A stretch of 20,000 nt of DNA from Craspedostauros australis (taxonomy: Eukaryota). Of the stretch, positions 1 through 10,570 are shown piece by piece; positions within the stretch are counted from its first letter, which is position 1, and every line of letters starts with the position of its first letter. The stretch covers positions 56,491-76,490 of the forward strand of contig JALAGF010001127.1 in assembly GCA_030167865.1 (NCBI GenBank). Direction: 5' to 3'. Below the pieces are notes generated by a model. It had not been told where the DNA came from and did not search any database. It saw only the letters and a program-made list of their open reading frames with translations. The translations under genes were made by a program, and so were the position numbers.

Positions 1-634
1 AGTTCTGACGCGCCGGGATGAAGTCGCCCAGGAGCTTGCTGAAGAGACCGCAGTTGTTGTAGGCGCTCGCCGTGGCGGGGTGCTGCCGACCAAAGTGCTT
101 CTCCGTCCGCTTGAGCAGGTCCTTCGATTGCTTCAGCGCCTCGCGGTAATTGCCCTGCTGGTACTTGTGCGTTATTTCGGTTTGGATCTTTGCCAACTTG
201 GTTTCCATCTCCTGATCTGGAAATTTCATGCCTCCGTCATCATCTTTCGTCATCTGTTTCTTCTTGTCGGTGCCGTTGCCATTGTCGCTGCCATCAGTGT
301 TGCTAGTACCATGGATTTTACCCATGCTCTTTGGAGCATCGGACGAAGTCGAAAATAATCTGTTCGATGCTGAGAGCGGATGTCCAAACTGCCTTTGCAG
401 ATAATTCTGTTGCTGTTGCTGTTGGAGGTGATGTCGATAGTTGCGATGTCCGCTACACTGCTGTCTTTGGCACTGCTGTTGACTTTGGGCGGAATGGAGA
501 GGCAGAGGCTGAATGGGGCTCCCGAAACGCTGCAGACCACCCACATGCCTCTGGTTCGTCTGATGAACTCTGCCCACCATGCATCTGGCCAGCCTTTCAA
601 CGGCTTGCTTTCCCTTGTGCTGATAGATTCTCAT
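1..634 (-). CDS. TPR-repeat protein (kinesin-light-chain-like TPR_12/TPR_10 type), 3' end beyond window; possible mitochondrial presequence
   Basis: Manual minus-strand translation is open from ATG at 634 (alternatives 580, 325) to base 1. It reads MRIYQHKG...QQQQQ...RLFSTSSD...YQQGNYREALKQSKDLLKRTEKHFGRQHPATASAYNNCGLFSKLLGDF, matching the G-x-x-H-P-x-x-A-x-x-x-N-N-x-G TPR consensus. It is missing from the ORF track because there is no stop in the window. Confidence 0.85.
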   Translation of the reverse strand, partial: MRIYQHKGKQAVERLARCMVGRVHQTNQRHVGGLQRFGSPIQPLPLHSAQSQQQCQRQQCSGHRNYRHHLQQQQQQNYLQRQFGHPLSASNRLFSTSSDAPKSMGKIHGTSNTDGSDNGNGTDKKKQMTKDDDGGMKFPDQEMETKLAKIQTEITHKYQQGNYREALKQSKDLLKRTEKHFGRQHPATASAYNNCGLFSKLLGDFIPARQN

Positions 635-1360
635 CGTGTGATGCCCTCCTTCTTTTCACTCCTGCCACTTGTGCTGATGCTGGTGCTGTCAGTTGCTTCT
701 CTAGTATTATATTATATTATATTATATAATAGCATGTGTGGTACTACACGTGCGAGCATCCGTAATGCGTGGGCACCAGAGACGGCTGGAGATCTTCCCT
801 CTCTGGGCTTCTCTCTGTTCGCAGGCGTGCATAGTCGTACTTTCGCAACATCAATGCGCCACTGTTGTGATGGATCCATTTGTGCGGTTGGTGTTGGTTC
901 GAACAGTGACTCAGGCAAGAAACGTGAATGGAGCCGATCTTCAGCCGTTGGAACTGATATAGTTTTAAACGTCACAAGTATATAATTGCATATTGGTATT
1001 TACCGCAACCTCTTATAACATCCTTGTCGAGAAGCGCCTGACGAAGAAACAACAGATCAAAACAACGCGACAAAGCAAACACAAAACCGGTCTCCAACAG
1101 GTGCCCTCTCATCACCACAAATCGCAGCCATGGGAGATGCGAGTATGTTTGGGGGCCGAAGGTCTCGTGGAGTCTGTCTTGAGCGTAATCGCATGCATGA
1201 TGAAATCAACACAATGCATCCTTTCTATTGACCGAGCGAGAGGCGATACATGGCTTCCACAACAATCGACTTCTTGAACGAGAAAATCAAAATCAACAGC
1301 GACATCAACAGCGACGGTGACGGCGACATTCAGATTCACATTTGCATCCGCATTTTCATT

Positions 1361-1390
1361 GGCAGTGGCAGTGGCAGTGGCAGTGGCAGT
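1361..1390. repeat. (GGCAGT)5 hexanucleotide microsatellite
   Basis: Five perfect GGCAGT units just upstream of the 1423 ORF. Confidence 0.95.
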
Positions 1391-1422
1391 GGGAGAAACA
1401 TCGATAACGTCGTCCGCGGGAA

Positions 1423-3117
1423 ATGCGACGTCGCCTGTCCCATCACCAAAGGAAGTATGGAACGATGGAGGGGCCTGGTGCATCATCCACTTCACAGGCT
1501 GAGAAAACGCTTCCTCCAACAACCTTGAGCCTCACCTTCAAGCAGTTCGTCGCATGCATCTTGGAGCATTCGGCAGAGACGGAGTCATCCGCACGGACTA
1601 CGGGCGAGAAAGGCATGTCCAAGCCCTTCAAATTTCGCTCTTCGACTGGATCAAGTATCGTCCACAAGTCTGATCAGCGCGGATACAACGACATCGATGT
1701 GCTCCAGCTTCCAGCGTCCGATCATTCGCAATGGCTCTCCCTCATCGAGTGCAAAGATATCGCGCTGTCGGACTTCATGCATTTCATCGATCAATTCCCC
1801 ATCGTTAGCTTCGGTGGTGTGCGCTTGGCGTCCGCTCGTCGCTCAACACAACGGTCATTGCCCATGGATGTTGATGATAGCATCTGCTTTGGTCAGCTCC
1901 ATCTCGTCCTGCGAAAGCCTTCCCTTGCGGACACGGCCATACCGACGACGTCGCTCCACGTCGATTCCACAGCCCTGTGCAGCGCGACCTCGTACCGGTT
2001 CTTCATGATGACGACAAAAGAGATGGATCCAACACAACCCTCATCAGGCGGCTTCTTCGGCCAACGGCTATCATCGTCATCGCCGCCACAATTGCAGGCA
2101 GCTTCCACGCTCGCAACTTCACAATCGGTTCAATTCCTGTGCGCTTTTCTTCGAATGGTCGCCATCAGGTCAGAAGCCTGGCTTCATCTGCACCATCGTC
2201 CGCCGTCTCTCTCCATCCCGACGTCGTTTCACAACCCATTCGCCGTCAGTCCGCCGGCAATCAACCTATCCTTGTACGGCAACAATCATGAGAATGATCT
2301 ACTGATCCAACAGTTGACGCAGGACTGCGTGGTACCCGATCACATGTTCAATGTCAAGATTCGTGCTGAAGGGAAAAACTTCAATCCCGCCTCGTCCATC
2401 GCATTGTCCAAGGCGCCAGTCCTCTGCCTCGATGGCTGCACCTTTCAAGATGACGGCATGGCGCTGTCCGATTACATCTACGATCATGGTTCCATGTGGT
2501 CCCATATCTCCATCCATCGCACATCCATGCTCTTGGACTATCTCGGGACGGCCATCATGGACAGCAACCGTCTTGTATCTATCGACCTCGATCTCTCCTA
2601 CAGCATTTCATCCTTCCTGCAGAATATCATGAGTTGCAAAACGCTGCAGAGCGTCAAGCTGCATCTCATGCACACGGATCCACAGTCAGCCATGGACGGG
2701 CTGATCGATCTCCTTCGCACATCCAAGTTCCGTTCTCTGACGTACAACGTCGCCGATGCATGGAAATCTGGCTGCAGTTCGACTTCAACTGCGCACCATG
2801 AGGCATTCGGTCAACGCATTATCACCGCTTTGCGGCGCAATGAGCATCTCCTCCACCTCTCATCCCGTCCTTACTTGAATTCCAGCGATGGAGCGCCAGC
2901 AACAGAACAAGTGCGAGCCATGTTGAAACAAAACAAACTCGCCGAACTGGTCCACAACACGGCGCGGCACATCAACGCCAGCCAGGATGTGGGAATTCTC
3001 GGCATGGCTATGTGTCATGGCTCGATCCGCACGAACGCATGGTTGCTGCACCATCTAGTGAAAGGATCCATCGATCAGATTGTTGCGCTCTGGGGAAAAG
3101 AGTCAACCAACAGCTAA
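1423..3117 (+). CDS. Hypothetical protein, 564 aa; C-terminal half resembles degenerate LRR/RNI-like diatom proteins
   Basis: Uninterrupted 1.7-kb ORF bounded upstream by an in-frame TAA at 1405. It has Leu-periodic segments (VLCLDGCTF, LVSIDLDLS, LQSVKLHL, FRSLTYN) and ends IITALRRNEHLLHL...VRAMLKQNK...LLHHLVK. The family assignment is by eye only. Confidence 0.7.
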   Translation: MRRRLSHHQRKYGTMEGPGASSTSQAEKTLPPTTLSLTFKQFVACILEHSAETESSARTTGEKGMSKPFKFRSSTGSSIVHKSDQRGYNDIDVLQLPASDHSQWLSLIECKDIALSDFMHFIDQFPIVSFGGVRLASARRSTQRSLPMDVDDSICFGQLHLVLRKPSLADTAIPTTSLHVDSTALCSATSYRFFMMTTKEMDPTQPSSGGFFGQRLSSSSPPQLQAASTLATSQSVQFLCAFLRMVAIRSEAWLHLHHRPPSLSIPTSFHNPFAVSPPAINLSLYGNNHENDLLIQQLTQDCVVPDHMFNVKIRAEGKNFNPASSIALSKAPVLCLDGCTFQDDGMALSDYIYDHGSMWSHISIHRTSMLLDYLGTAIMDSNRLVSIDLDLSYSISSFLQNIMSCKTLQSVKLHLMHTDPQSAMDGLIDLLRTSKFRSLTYNVADAWKSGCSSTSTAHHEAFGQRIITALRRNEHLLHLSSRPYLNSSDGAPATEQVRAMLKQNKLAELVHNTARHINASQDVGILGMAMCHGSIRTNAWLLHHLVKGSIDQIVALWGKESTNS

Positions 3118-3512
3118 TCGTCGGTCCTCGACGGTGTGTTTACGTTGTCGCGTCTGACGTTATATTGCATTGTATCATTTCATAGTTTATTATGGAACGC
3201 TAATGGAGAACAATAATATAACCGTGTTCCTGATTGCGTGGAGTACGAGTATAGTATGCACAACTTGAGTATGGTACATGTCTCCAGAGAGCGAGGGCGA
3301 GGAGTGTCTACACTGGCCTGTACAAGTGCGCGCCAAAATGAGCGCTCCATCTGCATCTTCCTGGACGACATGAACGTAGGTAAGGAAATGAATGATGAGA
3401 CGATGCTCTTGCAACTTCACCAGGAGTCCATAGTGATGCGCAAATGTCCTATGCGTATAATAGTTTGCGTACTCCGCAGGCTGTTGCGCACTCTTCAGCT
3501 CGAACAATTCGA

Positions 3513-6500
3513 TTAATCCGACGCATCCGTCAACACGGAAACATCGTCGTCTTCGTGGTCTTCTTCAAGACTATGGCTTTGCTGCATCGTGCCACTTTGA
3601 TCGTTGGACATGTACGACATGCCGCCCCCTCCCCCAGAAACACTACCCTTCGCTGAACTTTGCATCCATTTGGTCTTGTGATCGTTCATATCCACTCCAG
3701 CCCGCCACGTCGATGATCGTCCATTTCGTGACGATGATGCATCAGCCATGGACCCCGTTGTGTTGTGGATGTCAACATCGACAACCCGTTGATGAGCATT
3801 CTTGTGGTCACCACCCTGAAGCTGCGCTTCGCCACGCCCATCTCCAACGTCCAAGTACTTGGATCTGTGCTCTTGGATATCTTTGACCTTGACGGAGCAG
3901 CCCCACTCTCTGTAGTATTGTACAGCTTGTGCCATGTACTTACAGATAGAATCGTGGAGAGAGGTCTGCAAAGCGTACATGTCCGGGCTGGGCTCGTTGC
4001 GAGCGACTCTCCCGAGCGCTCGAATGAAGTGTTCGGCAGCCTGCTCGCATGCAATGGCGCAATAATGAGTCAAAGATGCCTTCTGGGCCACAACGATGGC
4101 CATAGCGTAGACGTCTTCTGTGCGGCGGATAGTCGAGAGGCCGGATCCTTTGGCCTTCAGAGAGAGCCTCTCGGCCTTGAGCAACTGCAAGAGGCTCGTT
4201 GCATTGCTTCCCTTGTTGGTGACGAAGGCTCTGGCAAGACCGATTTGCCGCTTCAGCTCCTTCTTGTGTTTGGCCTTGCCTGTGGCGAGATACAAGGCAG
4301 ACGAAGACAGTCCTTGGGCGAGGATGACGGTCGTCTCGAAGCAATAGTTCTTGGAGTTATCTGGTAAACCATAGTACAGCTTCGTCATTTGCTGTGCGAG
4401 TTCGTATTTGCGCAAGAGGATGATCGGCCATAGCAACGCAGAGCATCTCACTGTCAACTGAGTTATGTCACTGGGATGGTTCTTCAGGTCCTGCTGTGTG
4501 TGTCCCTCGATGGCATCCCAATCGATTGGTTGGTCACCAGTCAAGTATTTCGACACCGTCAACAATGCCTCAGATAAGCCACTGTTCATTTTGATATTGT
4601 AGACTTGGTATTGCTTGAGGACATTCTCCAGGCTTCTCACCAAAGGCTGAAACTTGTATCCAAAGTAAAACGAGATCACGTTGTAGCTTTGAAGGTTCAA
4701 CAGGCCCAACTCGAAGTTTCCAGATTCCATTCCAAGGGAATAGCTTTGGTTGACGGCCTTGATGCATTTGTCATGGGGCTCGCTGCTTAGGTATAACGCT
4801 CCAGATGTGACCACATGAACCCAAGCAATATCTTCCGGCCCACCTACGATTCGCAAGAGCTTGTGCGCAATGTCAGCACATCGCATCGCCAAGTTTCGAT
4901 CCTTGGTGGTGTCAAAGATCATTCCCAGTGTTGCAAACACCAGTGGAGACCTGGGACTGATTCCGTACCGCATGATTATGCGAATCTGTTTCAGCGCTTG
5001 CACAAGGCACTGTACCATGTCACCGGTGTAAAAAGATCGGACGCCAATCTCGCCGATGAATCGTATTGCCATCAGTATTTTTGGGTCCTGGAGGATGGGC
5101 AGATTCAGAATGTCCTCATCTGTGTTGTTCTTGAGGAAATCCTTGATCCGTATGAAATCATTCACCGCGTGGAAAAGGTAAAAGCGTCTTGGGAACACGC
5201 CGAGATTCCTTGCCGCCGATAAGCTGACGGCAAGAGACTCTGCCACCTTGTACTCTCGTCCCAACGCTTGGGCCATGATGAGGTGGGTTGGAAGCTTCTC
5301 ATCCAGCGTTCGCGCCTTCTTGATGATGGCATTACAATGCTGTAGCCGGTCTCGAAGTTGCCCAATGATAGCTCCACCTCCGACCGGCATCGGAACAGCT
5401 CCAGACATAGATCATAATGATCCTCCCATGGATTGCGCACGCGTTGCAGCGCTGCGGATGCCTTCTGCAGGTATGTGGCCACTGACGACAGCGCGGCCAT
5501 CTGGAGTGCCTTCTGGCCGACTTCGAGGTTGAAGGTGACGAGGAACAGATGATCCTTGGTTGGCATGCTGTTGAGATGATTGGCCGCAATGAAGAGCAGA
5601 CTATCAACGTCTCTGATGAAATGCTGATCATCATGCTGCTGCTGGTGGCTTGCATGCTTGGTGCCTGTGGGTCCTTCGGCATCGTCGTGTCCCTCTTGAC
5701 CTTCCTCTTGATCTTCCTCTTCACCTTCCTCTCGATCAGCCATCAATGTCGCTGCTGCTGCTGCTGCTATCATTTTGGACTTTCGGTATATGTCCAGCAG
5801 ACAGTGGCCAATCTGCAACCGGAGCTTGTTGCGGGTCTCACCAAACGGAATCAACCCATGAGCTGCCTGCTGGACACGATCATGTGCGAAGTGGTACCGA
5901 CTCTCACCGATGATGTTCGTGATGAGACCCTCCAGAAGCGCCTTCTCCAGAACAGAGTGCAGTCAATCGATCGTCCATGCGGAAGCTTCCGGTATGGTCA
6001 TCTGTGCGACTCCTCCTTCTGTTGTCACTCCTTCTCGTCCTCTTTGGAACATCATATCCAACCCGCCTTGATCATCCACATGCTGCAACACCACCTGTAG
6101 CACATGCATATCGAAGGTCGATCGAATGTAGGCTGCGACTGATAGAGCATATTGGAGATCATGTGATTGATCCTTGAGCTGCATCTCAATGATGGCCACG
6201 ATGTTGTCACCGATGGGAAGATCACCACCGCTACCATCGCCGCCACTGGTGGATTGACTCAGATCCCATTCCCATCTCTTGGAGGTGCGATTGTGGAGGA
6301 TGATGCCCCGTCTCTTGAGCTCTTCGATGGCCTGGAGCGTGAAGTAGACGTTGCCGTGTGTCTTGTTGTGGATCTTGGATACCAACACCTTGAGGTCGTC
6401 GTCATCGCGGGATCGATGAAGGAGGCGAGACAGCCACTGGGTGCAGTCTGTCACGGATAAATCACCCAGAGTGATCTGCTCCAGTTGCTTGGTGCTCTGG

Positions 6501-7810
6501 TTGACGTTGATGATGACGTCATCCTGGGACAGCAGCCGGTCGAGAAACGATGTTTGCAAGGGTGCATCTGGCGAGAGCTCCATCGCTTGATGGTTGTGAG
6601 GATCTGTCTCCTGTCGGATCGCACCGAGCAACATGAAGTCGTTGAGACCAGTGTCGGTGAGAAGGGACGCCAGAAGATCCAGTCCGGCTGCGGATGACCA
6701 TTGCAGGTCATCAAGGAAGAGGTAGACGGGTCGTTGCGGAGTGGAGATGGCCTTCATGAACTGGATGAAGATATAGCAGAGCCGGTTCCATGCACTCTGG
6801 GAGTTAGCTGTGGCTGCGGTGTTCCTGGGATCTCCGCCAACGCTAGCTACCTCCGACATGGCGTGACCAAGCACGCTGTTGGTGCATACGGATCGATTGC
6901 TCAGGTCATTGTTGGATGTGACACGTTGCACGCGTCTCTTTGATGGAGTTGATCTGCCGGTCATGACACTCGAAGATGATCCCACAGTGTCGGAGACCAG
7001 CACAGATAGAGATGGGACGACCGCGATCAAAGCTGCCATGGCTGAGTGGGTCTGAGCTGGAGTGCCGATGTGCGTCTGGCTGACCGAGTCGTCGTGAGTG
7101 ATGTTTTCTTGGTCTTGGTCTGCGACGTCGGTGTCTGCGGCGAATGCGTTTTGTACACATCGTCGCACTCGCTCGAGCCCATCAGCAGATCCTTGCTTGA
7201 GCTGGGTCGCGAAGTCATCGAGTGCTTGGATGATGGCGGAGAATGGATCATTGCTGCCAGTGTACTCGTCGTACTTTCCACGCATCATGTAGCAGCAGGA
7301 GCATCGTTTTTGTGCCTGCTGCGGATCTTGGTGCTCATCTGTGTGCTTGTTTGACTGGCCTCTGACCCCGCAGGAGCAGCATGTTTGATTGAGAAAGTGC
7401 TCGATGAACATGGACTTTCCGGTTCCGCTGGTTCCCCAAACCAAGGCAGCTGGGAAGACGGGTTGGTTGTCGTGGATGCGCTGCCGGATGTCGCGCAGAT
7501 GGCGCAGCTCTTCATCTCTTCCGAAGAAGAAGAAGTCGTCGGTAGGCTGATTCGGGGGAATCGATCGGGTGATAGTGGACGAAGACACGGAATCTGTTTC
7601 CTCAGTCTCACTCGACTTGAGAGCCGAGAGTCGGGGCATCGATAGGGTGATAGTGGAGCTGGCCTCCGTTGAAGTTGTCTGTTGCGGAGCGTCGGCTGAA
7701 GACGGCTCCGTACATGCAGAGCTATCATAGGTGGTGCCCATGTTGGCCTTCATGGTGGTACTAGTATTGAATTCAGTGTTGGCGGTGCTCATGGCTTCAT
7801 CAGTGTTCAT
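3513..7810 (-). pseudogene. AAA_16/STAND-like P-loop ATPase with helical (TPR-like) C-terminal half; disrupted by in-frame TGA (5963-5965) and 1-nt frameshift (~5340)
   Basis: Motifs: FFGRDEEL, Walker A GTSGTGKS (7412-7435), GKYDEY, Walker B FLDDLQW (~6698-6718), KTHGNVYF, YHFAHDRVQQAA, FIAANHLN, NLEVGQKA. ORFs 5963..8197, 5162..5854 and 3513..5408 join into one ~1432-aa protein. The likely start is ATG 7810 (MNTDEAM), not GTG 8197. Assembly error cannot be excluded. Confidence 0.8.
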
Positions 7811-9035
7811 TTTATGACGTGCATAATCGTGACTTTGTCGGTGGTGCTGTGGGTGCCGATCCTGGAGACGCGACGCATTTGGCGGCGTGTGATGTCTCAC
7901 CGACCCCAGCGAAGGAGCATTGTCGTGACGGTCACCCGCGAGAGTGATGATGCCAACTGTCGAAGTGCACAAGCAAAACGTGCACCCCACAACCAACATC
8001 ACCACAACGCGGCGGATGTGACTTGTCAACTTCCCTGGGCCTATCCCAAGCAGAAGAACACAGAGCCACACCACAGAGCCATCAAGAGGTGTTGAAGTTT
8101 CGTCATGGCAAGTGTGTGCGTGTCTAATTGTTGTCTCGGCAGCCAGCCATCCGTTCCAACTGTTGCTATACTCCCTGAACGGGAATGTTACGACCACGTA
8201 CGAGTTATGCCATCAGCGCTATCTTGAGATGATCTAATGGAGCGTAACTGGCTCCCGCGAGCATTTCCGAGCTAACTGGCATGATGCGGCCACTGGGATG
8301 CATGGGCCCACGGATCAATCGTTCTTCGTTGATTGACATGGTCATCGTTGTGACTGTCGTTCTCAAGGAACCATGGAGCCGCATCGAGTTCTATGGAGTT
8401 GTTGCGAGAAGCAAAAGAGAAAAAGTCGTGACGATGTGGCTTGTGCGTTTGTGTGGGTTCGATGGTTCGTGATCACTGAATCATGGAACAGTCTCTGCGC
8501 TTGGTTGGCTTCGCTCGTTTGATTCCTTTGAATGAAATTCCGGTCCGTGACGTGGCGGATACGTTTGCATTGGGGGTGAAAAAGGGGGCCGGGTGTTTGT
8601 TGTATCTTCGACCACCATGATCGAGCAGATCGCTTCAACGATCGCGGACTGACAACAAAGCGCAATCGCTCTCGCTGTGGCTTGACGGCGACATCAGCAC
8701 AGCGGAGTTCACTTGATGGTTGTCCTCAGTGGACATTCCTCGCCGAACGGAACTACGAAACGCTCCAACGGTGCACAGATGCAAATATTTATTGAAGCAT
8801 GGAGAAGTGTGACAGTCGCAGTGCCATGCCCACTATTCCGTTATGTTCACCTCGCCAATTTGCTGCTATGTAATTTTGATATCACAGCAAAGACAGCTTG
8901 GCGAGGTACCGGTGAACCCAGAGCTCCTCGATAATCCCGCCAAAAACGGCGGTGTTCAAATATTGCGATTCCGCTCTTTGCAGGATTAAAAACGTGGTGT
9001 CGACTGACGGCAATCCGCGCTCTTGCATGTTGCCG

Positions 9036-9049
9036 ACACACACACACAC
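9036..9049. repeat. (AC)7 microsatellite
   Basis: acacacacacacac upstream of the secreted-protein gene. Confidence 0.9.
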
Positions 9050-9253
9050 GGGCTGGGTCGTCGATGTTGACACCAAGCCCACGCGATCACCAGAGCTTTG
9101 TTTCGAAACATTCGCACCTATCCGCCTTGCGCCTCTCGACAAGTATCGCACATTGCAAACGCAATCACAAACCTCACAAAAACTCAAACCAAGCTGGAGC
9201 CAAGCCAAGGAAACACAGACCAAATCAATTCAAGTCATACCAAACCTGCAACC

Positions 9254-10570
9254 ATGCCGACAATGAAAAAGGACATCCTTGCTCTCGTCATCGGACAGAG
9301 CCTCATCTTCAAAGGAGTCGATGCGTTGTTGGATCCGAACGCCGCCTCTGGTGCCAGCGTGGATGTGGATGCTATGGACGAAAAGATCGCAGCCATCCAG
9401 CAGGACAAGGACGCGTTGCACAAGAAGGCTGCCGACGCTGTGAGGCAGAAAGTCATGGACCAGTTCGGAATCCCTGTCTCCGAGGACCTATTGGCCAACA
9501 CCGATAGTGTTCCATCCAAGGTACAGGACAAGATGACCAATCATGCCCGCCGCCTGCGCACCTCAGGCGCCATCAAGAACAACTACGCTGATCTCGGACG
9601 TCTCCAAGGTAGCACTGCCAATGGTGACTCGGCCACGATGATTTTCCACGAGAAAACGCCCACAGTTCTTACTGTGGGCGTCCGTCAGCTCAAATCAGGC
9701 GGGCCTTCGGCATCGGCCAAGACTGGGAAATCGGCCAAGTCCAGCAAGTCTGTGAAGTCCTTCGACGCATTCGACCTGTGCTTCGCTGGGTCGCCCGAAG
9801 AAGTTACCGCCAGCTGCGCGGCCGCCAATGCCGATTGCTGCACGCTCCCAGAAGGCTCCAACAGCACGGCCTGTTCTTGGAGCCCCGACGTCACTGCCAC
9901 AGTGTGTCCTTACTCTTGCAACGGCGAGGCTGCCTGCGTCCTCGTCCCCGACGAAGCTGTTTCAACGACAATCCAGGTTGCTCCGTTCTCTTGTAACGGA
10001 TACGAAGCCTGCTCTGGCACCTTCTCAACTGTTCCATTTGCTTCTTGCAACGGTGATTATGCATGCGCAGCGAGCGCTGCCACCCTCGGCGAGTACACCT
10101 GCAACGGACCTTCTTCTTGTCTCTACAGCACCGGCATTGTCGAGGATTTTGCATGCTACGGCGACGAATCATGCTGGTACAATGTGGGATTCGTCGGGAA
10201 GTCATCCTGCTACGGTGCAGTTGCATGCTCCGGGAACCAAAACACTATCAAGGAGGGATCGTGCTTTGGACAGTTCGCGTGCAAGGATAACAGGGGCGTT
10301 ATCGACGGGGGTTGCTCTGGCAGCGCTGCCTGCGCATCAAACTACGGCAGCATCGGGTCTGAATCTTGCGTCGGTGGGAATGCCTGCGGGGCCAACACAG
10401 GCGACATTGGCAAGCGCTCTTGCCGCGGTGAATTCGCATGTGATGGCAATTCAGGCACCATTGGCAACGACGCCTGTATCGGCAATGAAGCTTGTTACCA
10501 GAACTATGAGACCGTGACGAATGGAGAGTGCATTGGCAATGGCATCTGTTCCACCTACTACTACTACTGA
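9254..10570 (+). CDS. Secreted Cys-rich repeat protein with RXL sites and KxxK pentalysine cluster (candidate frustule/biosilica-associated protein)
   Basis: Signal-peptide-like start M(PTM)KKDILALVIGQSLIFKGVDA at ATG 9254 or 9263. RRL at 9548 and RQL at 9683. KTGKSAKSSKSVK at 9719-9757. About 15 repeats of [S/A]C-x-G-x-x-AC with ~17-18 aa period. C-terminal YYYY. Confidence 0.85.
   Translation: MPTMKKDILALVIGQSLIFKGVDALLDPNAASGASVDVDAMDEKIAAIQQDKDALHKKAADAVRQKVMDQFGIPVSEDLLANTDSVPSKVQDKMTNHARRLRTSGAIKNNYADLGRLQGSTANGDSATMIFHEKTPTVLTVGVRQLKSGGPSASAKTGKSAKSSKSVKSFDAFDLCFAGSPEEVTASCAAANADCCTLPEGSNSTACSWSPDVTATVCPYSCNGEAACVLVPDEAVSTTIQVAPFSCNGYEACSGTFSTVPFASCNGDYACAASAATLGEYTCNGPSSCLYSTGIVEDFACYGDESCWYNVGFVGKSSCYGAVACSGNQNTIKEGSCFGQFACKDNRGVIDGGCSGSAACASNYGSIGSESCVGGNACGANTGDIGKRSCRGEFACDGNSGTIGNDACIGNEACYQNYETVTNGECIGNGICSTYYYY

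Noticed and set aside
80-985. Plus-strand hydrophobic ORFs 80..358 and 380..985 resembling membrane proteins
   Set aside because: Antisense shadows of the minus-strand TPR gene; CAG/CAA/AAG codons read as Leu on the opposite strand.
3190-3516. Short ORFs between the convergent 1423-3117 and ATPase genes
   Set aside because: No recognisable motifs; consistent with 3'UTR or intergenic sequence.
5963-5965. Selenocysteine or alternative genetic code at the TGA
   Set aside because: Not a catalytic Cys-type position, no SECIS identified, and TGA terminates other genes here (10570, 17156).
7811-8197. N-terminal hydrophobic extension of the ATPase ORF (GTG start)
   Set aside because: Non-ATG start and UTR-like composition; ATG 7810 better fits the typical low-complexity N-terminus.
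9098-9253. Upstream extension of the Cys-rich ORF
   Set aside because: Non-ATG start with AC-rich 5'UTR-like sequence; the signal peptide begins at 9254/9263.
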